Source: an uncultured Nitrososphaerota archaeon
GTDB lineage: Archaea > Thermoproteota > Nitrososphaeria > Nitrososphaerales > Nitrosopumilaceae
Direction of reading: 5' to 3'
Length of the DNA stretch: 64,000 bases
NCBI GenBank assembly: GCA_963701075.1
Contig: OY969559.1
Location: 736,001 to 800,000 of the forward strand
Shown here: one piece after another, positions 57,236 to 64,000 of the stretch
Layout of the letters: every line of letters begins with the position of its first letter
How positions within the stretch are numbered: position 1 is the stretch's first letter
The notes under the pieces: model-generated
The model's database searches: none
The model's input: only the letters and a program-made list of their open reading frames with translations
What the model was told of the DNA's origin: nothing
Made by a program: the position numbers and the translations under genes

Positions 57236-57243
57236 CTTTATAA
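57236..57243 (-). promoter_or_regulatory. Putative TATA box of the C/D sRNA
   Basis: TTATAAAG on minus strand, 23-30 nt upstream of the sRNA 5' stem. Confidence 0.55.
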
Positions 57244-57359
57244 CGTGACCGATTTCTAAATGAGATATCCTTAATTTTATTTATAGGCGAATACGTAGAA
57301 GGTAAGAATTTTTCACCAAATAGTTGGTCTAGACTACGTTGGGTATTAAATAAAATTTC

Positions 57360-57947
57360 ATGAGAGTTTTGCCTATGACTGAAGAAATTCTAAACAGAAT
57401 CGAGTCTGCAGGAATAGACGGCATTAAAAAGGCTGACCTCAAAAAAGCATTCGGTAAAGAATGCGACGACATACTTGAGAAGCTAAGGCAAAAAGAGAAA
57501 GTTTTCATCGAGAAAAAGGGGGTTGCCTATTTTGTCTGGACTAGAGACAATTACATTTTACATCTAACAGAAAATGATACGAAATTCAAACTCATGCTCA
57601 ATATGGTAATAGGCGTAAGCCATTCTGTTGCAAGGCTAAAAGAGCACACTCAGAACCTCAGAGAAGACATGGAAAGAATCTCTCTACAAGAAAATTTGCC
57701 GCAAAATGTTGATTTTGAGAACATATTCAACAAGTGTATCAGTGAGACAGGCACCTCCATAGGCTGGACCCCATTCTCAAAGGTAAGGGAAAAAGTATGT
57801 GAGACACAGAATCTATCAAAAGAAAAATTCTATTCGCTTGCAAGTGATCTAGTTGAGAGGCACCGTGAGAGATATGAAGTCTCGTCTGGAGGCCAAGAAG
57901 GCATTATCATTCGTGGAATGGTTCATGGTTATGTGAGGAATGTCTAA
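57360..57947 (+). CDS. Hypothetical protein, likely wHTH - coiled coil - wHTH
   Basis: N-terminal GIKKADLKKAF...KKGVAYFVW helix/wing pattern, helical linker, C-terminal helix/wing pattern; fold is inference. Confidence 0.75.
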   Translation: MRVLPMTEEILNRIESAGIDGIKKADLKKAFGKECDDILEKLRQKEKVFIEKKGVAYFVWTRDNYILHLTENDTKFKLMLNMVIGVSHSVARLKEHTQNLREDMERISLQENLPQNVDFENIFNKCISETGTSIGWTPFSKVREKVCETQNLSKEKFYSLASDLVERHRERYEVSSGGQEGIIIRGMVHGYVRNV

Positions 57948-59551
57948 TGTATGCATATGGATTAGAAAACAACCCATATCCCAGTAGCCCAACGCCCACT
58001 GAAAAAGATGCAAAGATACTTGGAGGGAAGAGACACAAAGAAGCAAAATCTGCCATAGTTGAATGTATGAAAGAACTAAATGGCAAAGTGCAAGGAAGAG
58101 ATTCTGCCGATAATGACTTTAGAGTAATAACGGTAATCCAAGATGTAGGCTCTGGAAAGACCCACTTGGCACTACACATAAAAAATTTAAAGGGACACTA
58201 TAACGCAGAGTGTTCTTTTGTTGATCTATCTACCATATCACCTAAGACCATGTCAAGCATCTACAATGCAATAATCAAAGGATTTGATAATGATTTTTTT
58301 GTTCAATTGCGAACAAAATTCTTGGCATACATACGAGAGAGAGCAGAACAAGGTGACAATTCTGCAAAGAAAGCCATCAACTATACTGTGATAAATAGGC
58401 TAACGGGATTGACAATTAAAGAAAAGGTAGATGACATCATATCTGGAAAAGAACATGTTTCTGATGAAAATCTAAAGCAATTCCTCACTCAGAGATTCAA
58501 TTATCACGAGTCTGCATTGATAAGAAGTGTTGTAACAAACTCCTTTGAAAACATACAAAATCTCGAGGAGTTGCTTGGCATGATCTCGGCCATATCGAAA
58601 TTTGCCCATATGTTTTTGGGAAAAATTACACTTCTTGAGATAGATGAGTTTGACGGAAATAAAGACTCGATAGAATTTGTAAAGGGGATGATAAACTCTC
58701 ACATTCCTGCATGCACACTGCTTTTAATTTCAACTCCATCAGGATATGCAGAGGTACAGAACACCAATCCATCTGTTTTTGATAGACTTGAGAAGGCAAA
58801 CTATAAGATTGATCTGGTAGGCTCTAACTCTAAAGATGAACTTGCAGAAATTGCCGTTGAATACATAAAACACAACGACAAACACGGCAAGCTTGGCTCA
58901 AAGACAGAGGAAGAACTAGTCGATAAAATCCAAGCACTTTACGAGGAGTTTCCAGAATTTAGAAGTGTTAGATCTGTTATCAACATATTGTACCATGCAA
59001 TGGAAAAATCAGAAGAGTCAGGTCTTGATAAAATTGATGAAAATGTGATTGATGATGCTATAAAGCAAACGTATCCGGGACTCAAAGTACGAGGAAGCAT
59101 AATGGACGTGCCTATATCTGATTTTATTGCAATAAGAAAAATTTGCAACGAATCATCTTCAGAAAAAGATCTCAAAGAGGCAGTGCACAACTTGGCAAAT
59201 CTTGTACATGAGATGGGAGGTATATGTAAACTCGAAAAACAGAATCTGGCTCTAGATGCCGTGTATCAGGATTCGTTTGGAGCAAAGGTAGGGGTAGCCA
59301 TAATGACAAACTTGAACAATGCCGACAGTTTAGACCGAATCTCTAACATATCAAAATCAGCAGTTGTGGATAAATTAATAATCTTGACTAGCCAAAAGAT
59401 CCAGAGTCCTTACAACGCAACAGTGGTAAATGTAGACAAGTCAAAGATGATTGATTTGATTTACTTTAACAACAAGTATAATGGTAAGAAAATTGCTGAA
59501 TCTGACAACGAACGAGCAGAGATATTGGCAAAAACTCTGTGTATAATCTAG
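57947..59551 (+). CDS. Uncharacterised AAA+/P-loop ATPase (BrxD/DUF2791-like) with extra C-terminal domain
   Basis: YGLENNPY start, Walker A QDVGSGKT, Walker B LLEIDEFD, candidate Arg finger DRL; TAATG overlap with upstream gene. Confidence 0.8.
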   Translation: MYAYGLENNPYPSSPTPTEKDAKILGGKRHKEAKSAIVECMKELNGKVQGRDSADNDFRVITVIQDVGSGKTHLALHIKNLKGHYNAECSFVDLSTISPKTMSSIYNAIIKGFDNDFFVQLRTKFLAYIRERAEQGDNSAKKAINYTVINRLTGLTIKEKVDDIISGKEHVSDENLKQFLTQRFNYHESALIRSVVTNSFENIQNLEELLGMISAISKFAHMFLGKITLLEIDEFDGNKDSIEFVKGMINSHIPACTLLLISTPSGYAEVQNTNPSVFDRLEKANYKIDLVGSNSKDELAEIAVEYIKHNDKHGKLGSKTEEELVDKIQALYEEFPEFRSVRSVINILYHAMEKSEESGLDKIDENVIDDAIKQTYPGLKVRGSIMDVPISDFIAIRKICNESSSEKDLKEAVHNLANLVHEMGGICKLEKQNLALDAVYQDSFGAKVGVAIMTNLNNADSLDRISNISKSAVVDKLIILTSQKIQSPYNATVVNVDKSKMIDLIYFNNKYNGKKIAESDNERAEILAKTLCII

Positions 59552-59599
59552 ACCTCCTGTGTGTATATTTTTAAAATAAGGCCCGTCAATCTCTAGCAT

Positions 59600-60019
59600 A
59601 TGGCAGAGCGGGAGCTGGAAGAACTTTTGGCCCAACGACACAAGGATGTCACGCTTTATGATTTTGAAGGCAAAAAGGTACCATGTATCATAATGGAAGA
59701 GAAAAGATTTGATGATATAATGAGGGCCATAGCTGGAAAACCCATCTCGGTTGAAACCAATCTTAACATACTGCAGGATGGCCTGGGTCATGTTTTTGTC
59801 AAAATGACATTACACTTTTCACAAGAAATTGAAGAAAAGGTATTGCTGTATGCAAACGAGTCTTTAGAGTTTTTTGAGGCTTTGACTGAAACCTCTATGT
59901 TGGCCCTCTCCTCTCCTCGTTCAGAATATGGTCGCTCTAATGTGTTTATGATACAACTTCCTAAACCGGAAAAAACAGCAGACGCTTTAGAAATAATCAA
60001 AAAAGGTCTTAAGATGTAA
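59600..60019 (+). CDS. Hypothetical protein
   Basis: 139 aa ORF with TTTTAAA about 25 nt upstream. Confidence 0.75.
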   Translation: MAERELEELLAQRHKDVTLYDFEGKKVPCIIMEEKRFDDIMRAIAGKPISVETNLNILQDGLGHVFVKMTLHFSQEIEEKVLLYANESLEFFEALTETSMLALSSPRSEYGRSNVFMIQLPKPEKTADALEIIKKGLKM

Positions 60020-60020
60020 A

Positions 60021-60094
60021 TGCGGTTGCCGGGATTTGAACCCGGGTCGCGGAATTGGCAATCCCGCATATTAACCAAGCTGTACTACAACCGC
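60021..60094 (-). tRNA. tRNA-Gly(GCC)
   Basis: GCGGTTG/CAACCGC acceptor stem, anticodon loop TT-GCC-AA, GTTCAAATC. Confidence 0.95.
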
Positions 60095-60245
60095 TTGATC
60101 GATTTAGAAATTTCGAGTCTATTAAAAGGTACGGCTCAAGTTTATGGCTTATAACATTTCAAATAGGTCCTGCCTAGTTTGGCAGAATCAAGAATATACT
60201 GTTTGGAAACATAATTTTTTAACATCTGGATACCAAAGGAATACT

Positions 60246-60521
60246 GTGAATTCTCAACTTGAAGAAAAAGTGAACCAAAAAATAAAAGAAGTAACTGGAA
60301 AATCAGACGAAATCTTCAAGATAATAAATTCACTAGACAAGCTCAGGACACATTCCGACTCTTTTGCCTATGGGATTGCTATAGGCAGATTGTACAATTC
60401 ATTTTATTACCAATGCAGAAGAATACTCAAGCGCAATCCTACCGATGAAGAGTTTTCAGAATTCCTTGAAATGCTTAGCAAAAAACAAAAAGAAATTCTT
60501 GACGCGCTAAGACTTGACTAG
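60246..60521 (+). CDS. Hypothetical small helical protein; start uncertain
   Basis: GRLYNSFYYQCRRILKRNPT; likely GTG start at 60246 inside ORF 60144-60521. Confidence 0.68.
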   Translation: MNSQLEEKVNQKIKEVTGKSDEIFKIINSLDKLRTHSDSFAYGIAIGRLYNSFYYQCRRILKRNPTDEEFSEFLEMLSKKQKEILDALRLD

Positions 60522-61026
60522 AGCCGGCTTTAAAGAAATCACTTTGATTGATGGAGTTATTGGTAATTTTACAGCCGCGTTATGCATTGACTTTTTTGCT
60601 ACCTCAAGATGCTCTTTTTTGACAAATGCTTCCATGAGTACCTGACCTCTATTGATACGAGCAGCCAAACTGACCGCCTTGCCAAAAGCCCCTCTCATTC
60701 CTTCCTGAAGTCTGTCTGCACCTGCAGTGGCAATCATCTTGTTCTCTCTTAGCAATATGTGAGGATAGATTCTAAGACTAGAGAAATATCCAGTTTCTCC
60801 TGCTACCGTTTCAATGCCTTTATTTGCAGCCAATCTTGCTGATTCAATTGCCATGTGTCTTATCTGTATTTTTTCTTTGGAACACAGACTGAACACAATA
60901 ATCATAATCTCCATCTCTTTTTCCCCCGCCGGAAAACTTGGCAATTTTTATCTGAGGTTTACCCTTGATGAACTCTTTCCTTGTATAGGGTTGACCATTG
61001 CCAGTTCGGTAATTTGCTCCGTGCAT
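60507..61026 (-). CDS. rpl10e: 50S ribosomal protein L10e (uL16), apparent frameshift near 60888
   Basis: MHGANYR..YTRKEFI; QIRHMAIESAR; GADRLQEGMRGAFGK. Confidence 0.94.
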
Positions 61027-61184
61027 AGAATACTTTTTCATGCTATGTGGTCCCATATTTTAACCGTGAGATCATTTGATTGTCGTGGTTTGCTCGTAAA
61101 ACCCATTTTCTGTTAGATATCTCAAAAATTCAAACAAAATATTGGGTAATGTTATATTGTGTGATCGAACACATTGAATCTCTA

Positions 61185-61754
61185 ATGTCTGAGTTAGAAT
61201 CAAAGGTGGAAGGGGTACTAGTGAAAGATCACGTACTAGTCTTGGACAAAAACATGCAACACAGCCTGGAACAAAGGGGGTTTGGGGAAATCATGAAAAA
61301 TAAATTCTTTCTCAAGCCATTTGAATCGCTATACTTGCTGTATGTGGACAAGCTGCGGCTCCTCAAGGGTAAACAACCAGTACACTTTGATCATCTCATG
61401 GACGAATGTATCAAACAAGACAACGAAGCTTTTACAAAATTTCTGATTTACAGAGACTTGCGAACCAAAGGATATATCGCAAAAGACGGTTTCGGATTTG
61501 GCTCTGATTTTCGGGTCTATGAAAGAGGACAATTTGGAGAAAAGGGAGCCAAGTATGTAGTATTTGGTCTCACGGAAGGAAGAAGGCAAAAGATTGGTAT
61601 ACTGCAAAAACAGATAGAACAAATTGTTACTATGGGTAAAGAGCCTGTACTTGCCGTAATTGAGAGACGAGGGGAAGTAATTTACTACAAGGTTTCAAAG
61701 ATTCAGTTTCATCAAAACAAAGACCAGCCTGGATTTTCAAGCGTAGAATTCTAA
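61185..61754 (+). CDS. endA: tRNA-splicing endonuclease subunit; start uncertain
   Basis: FESLYL, YRDLRTKGY, GFGSDFRVY, VIYY. Confidence 0.88.
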   Translation: MSELESKVEGVLVKDHVLVLDKNMQHSLEQRGFGEIMKNKFFLKPFESLYLLYVDKLRLLKGKQPVHFDHLMDECIKQDNEAFTKFLIYRDLRTKGYIAKDGFGFGSDFRVYERGQFGEKGAKYVVFGLTEGRRQKIGILQKQIEQIVTMGKEPVLAVIERRGEVIYYKVSKIQFHQNKDQPGFSSVEF

Positions 61755-61788
61755 TTTTAAATATAGTAAATTCTCTATATCCTAATGA

Positions 61789-61950
61789 ATGGAGTTCAAA
61801 GAGATTTACTGCTTTAACTGTAAGAAAAGCTTGGGCAGATACAGTGACAAATATTTTACAGATCAAAGGATGGGCGAGATCATAAGGGCAAATCATTCTA
61901 CCCATGTATACGAAGGACATTCGATTGTTGTAAGAAGAATAACTACCTGA
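61789..61950 (+). CDS. 53-aa CxxC...H..H....H zinc-binding microprotein
   Basis: Hand translation MEFKEIYCFNCKKSLGRYSDKYFTDQRMGEIIRANHSTHVYEGHSIVVRRITT; TTTAAATA about 25-30 nt upstream. Confidence 0.72.
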   Translation: MEFKEIYCFNCKKSLGRYSDKYFTDQRMGEIIRANHSTHVYEGHSIVVRRITT

Positions 61951-62061
61951 AGAAAGTCAACTTTTATTCAAACTATACTGTCTGAATTTTTGATCTTTCC
62001 ATATTCGTCATGTATGAATTCATAGTAACTATTTTATATCTGAAACTAGTCCTCTGATTCA

Positions 62062-62478
62062 ATGAGATTTTTTACTTTCCTAGTTTTAGGTCTGGTCTTG
62101 TCTATGGGAACATTGCAATTGGCTCATGCTGATGGTAATGTAACAATATCTGATCCTACAATGGTGGATTCCACCGGACATGCACTTTCAAGTTTTGTAA
62201 CAGGTCAAGAGATTGGCGTCCAATCTGTCCTAACTAACCACGGAACAACAAATCAAGATTTTGCTTACATGGTTCAAGTAGTTGATAGTTCTGGTGGAAC
62301 AGACTATTTCCAGGCATTTTCAGCTTCCATGCTTCCTAACCAATCTTTTAACGCATCACAAACATGGATTCCAACAAGTCCTGGTACATATACCGTCCAA
62401 GTATTTGTCTGGAATGGCCTTGCCTCAGCTGTTCCGCTGACAAACGTTGTTCAAAAACAAATTACCGTAGGTAGCTAA
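62062..62478 (+). CDS. Secreted single Ig-like domain protein resembling the thaumarchaeal S-layer C-terminal domain
   Basis: Signal peptide (AHA); FAYMVQVVD, QTWIPTSPGTYTVQVFVW pattern. Confidence 0.78.
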   Translation: MRFFTFLVLGLVLSMGTLQLAHADGNVTISDPTMVDSTGHALSSFVTGQEIGVQSVLTNHGTTNQDFAYMVQVVDSSGGTDYFQAFSASMLPNQSFNASQTWIPTSPGTYTVQVFVWNGLASAVPLTNVVQKQITVGS

Positions 62479-62655
62479 AGAACGCAACACCGCAGAATAT
62501 GCGTTTAAATCTTGAGTAGAATTTTGTAGTTTGGGTTCTTTGTATTAATTAAAATAAAATTTTTTGGCTTAGGCAAACATGAGTCTCTCTCATCTACATT
62601 TCGATGGCCCTATTGTGTTACAGTATCAAAATAACAAGAAAATCTTTTTTGCAAT

Positions 62656-62826
62656 CTAGCCAATAATGCAAAGTTCACAGTCGCAGGAAATCTTGCTATC
62701 TTCCTTGGAAAGACACTTTGAATGCTGTCCTGCCTGGCATTGAACGCATATGGCATCCGTATTCTTTAGATCAGAGTACTTTTTTCCTCCGTCAAATCCA
62801 AAGCCTCCATCTCTTGGTCCTACCAT
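62656..62826 (-). CDS. 56-aa Cys-rich microprotein
   Basis: Hand translation MVGPRDGGFGFDGGKKYSDLKNTDAICVQCQAGQHSKCLSKEDSKISCDCELCIIG. Confidence 0.7.
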   Translation of the reverse strand: MVGPRDGGFGFDGGKKYSDLKNTDAICVQCQAGQHSKCLSKEDSKISCDCELCIIG

Positions 62827-62922
62827 GATTCACTGTACCACAACAAGTATTTTAGACCTCGTAAATAGACAGAAAAGAAATTCTATGTTTTATCGTACTG
62901 GCATTAAAAAAATCAAATTATA

Positions 62923-62998
62923 TGCTCCCGCCGGGATTTGAACCCGGGATCACTGCCTTGAGAGGGCAGTATGCTTAGCCGGACTACACCACAGGAGC
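62923..62998 (-). tRNA. tRNA-Glu(CTC)
   Basis: GCTCCTG acceptor arm, CTGCC-CT-CTC-AA-GGCAG anticodon arm, GTTCAAATC. Confidence 0.95.
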
Positions 62999-63118
62999 TA
63001 TCTTAACGCCATAAGAGATAGCAATTTAAAGGCTGGCTTGATTTGATGGTAAGAAAACTGACTTTGTAAAAATATGTGGTATGATCTAACACATAAAATC
63101 TAAACCGAATTTGGCTAC

Positions 63119-63670
63119 CTATCTTTTTTTATATATGTACCGAGCTATGAGCACAATTGCAATAGCCAATAGTCCTATGAAGATGAAGATGGGCAAGAGA
63201 AGATAAATCAAATTAAGAACCTGGAACGACGGTGACGAAACAAAAACAGTGAACTTTGAAACGTCTATTGAAGTGGGAGTGTCTACACGCAAGAAAATCT
63301 CATAGAGACCTCCTGTTGGAAATGTGTATCTTTGAGAAAAATCGCCATTTGCCTCTTTACTTTCGATTTCGCTAATAGTGCTATTTGATGATGAACTATT
63401 AGTAATTGTTATTCTAGCAGTAAAATTTTGAAAGTCCTGACCAGTTTGTAAATTTTGAACACTAAACATTAACGTAGACATGTTTCCTGCTATGGGCGTA
63501 TGAGGATCAGTATCGAATTGAACTAGAAAGTTTTCTCTTTGATTTTTCCACTCTTGAAAGTTATATCCGTAAAGATTCCCATAGGATGGTAAAATAGGCA
63601 CAAAAAATATACTCAAAAGAAGCACAAATCCTGATATCTTGATCCAATTAGTCTGAGATGGTATTTTCAA
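63119..63670 (-). CDS. Exported Ig-like protein with C-terminal membrane anchor
   Basis: Signal peptide, beta domain with YTFPTGGLYEI, C-terminal TM and KKR. Confidence 0.75.
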   Translation of the reverse strand: MKIPSQTNWIKISGFVLLLSIFFVPILPSYGNLYGYNFQEWKNQRENFLVQFDTDPHTPIAGNMSTLMFSVQNLQTGQDFQNFTARITITNSSSSNSTISEIESKEANGDFSQRYTFPTGGLYEIFLRVDTPTSIDVSKFTVFVSSPSFQVLNLIYLLLPIFIFIGLLAIAIVLIARYIYKKR

Positions 63671-63828
63671 TCGATAATCCTAATAGAGTATCTGGTCATA
63701 TATTGTAGTATGATTTTAGTTAAATTTTCAATATGTATGACTAGAATCAGTATTGACAAAAGATGTTTTTAAGACAAATTTGGGAATTGTATGTTGGGAT
63801 ATTAAGGGGCATTACATATTACATATAA

Positions 63829-64000
63829 GTGAAAATAAAAAAATTACTAGTACCAATACTTTTCTGTCTCTTGATTGTTCTTACATTCAATAATGTCAAC
63901 GCATATCAGCCATTTGCATACAAGATAGCTGGAAGTATTTTTGGAGATCTAAACTGGGAGCCAGAACCGTTAACCTCTGATTCTGAAGCAATAGGAAATT
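63829..64000 (+). CDS. 5' part of a secreted protein, runs off the window
   Basis: GTG start, MKIKKLLVPILFCLLIVLTFNNVNA signal peptide, open to window end. Confidence 0.6.
   Translation, partial: MKIKKLLVPILFCLLIVLTFNNVNAYQPFAYKIAGSIFGDLNWEPEPLTSDSEAIGN

Noticed and set aside
57360-60094. Integrated element at tRNA-Gly or a BREX system
   Set aside because: No integrase, no duplicated tRNA 3' end noticed, and no pglZ/pglX/brxHI genes; kept only as an unexplained two-gene module
62750-62941. 63-aa plus-strand ORF
   Set aside because: Overlaps tRNA-Glu and the better-supported minus-strand Cys-rich ORF

Overview
Archaeal chromosomal segment, low GC and gene-dense. Gene content and order (CofE, PEPCK, 2-oxoacid:ferredoxin oxidoreductase, S-layer-like domain, exosome superoperon) point to an ammonia-oxidising archaeon (Nitrososphaerota/Thaumarchaeota, possibly Nitrosotalea-like; taxon is inference). 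It is mostly housekeeping: LeuRS, AlaRS, ribosomal proteins, Sec/SRP, Cdc48, exosome/KEOPS/prefoldin, amino-acid biosynthesis, and three tRNAs (Ser-GGA with intron, Gly-GCC, Glu-CTC). No CRISPR array, transposase or integrase was seen. Main observations beyond the ORF track: (1) all 15 reading-frame lesions I found, in 13 mostly essential genes, lie in or within 2 nt of an AGCT tetramer, suggesting sequencing errors caused by a genome-wide AGCT DNA modification; (2) an uncharacterised coupled gene pair (winged-helix-like protein plus BrxD-like AAA+ ATPase); (3) a complete box C/D guide sRNA next to that pair, with a candidate target near the 23S peptidyl transferase centre; (4) five Cys/His-rich microproteins below the ORF cut-off, one with 8 Cys and a C-terminal GG; (5) cdc48 apparently starting at ATA; (6) FtsY with a C-terminal acidic extension.
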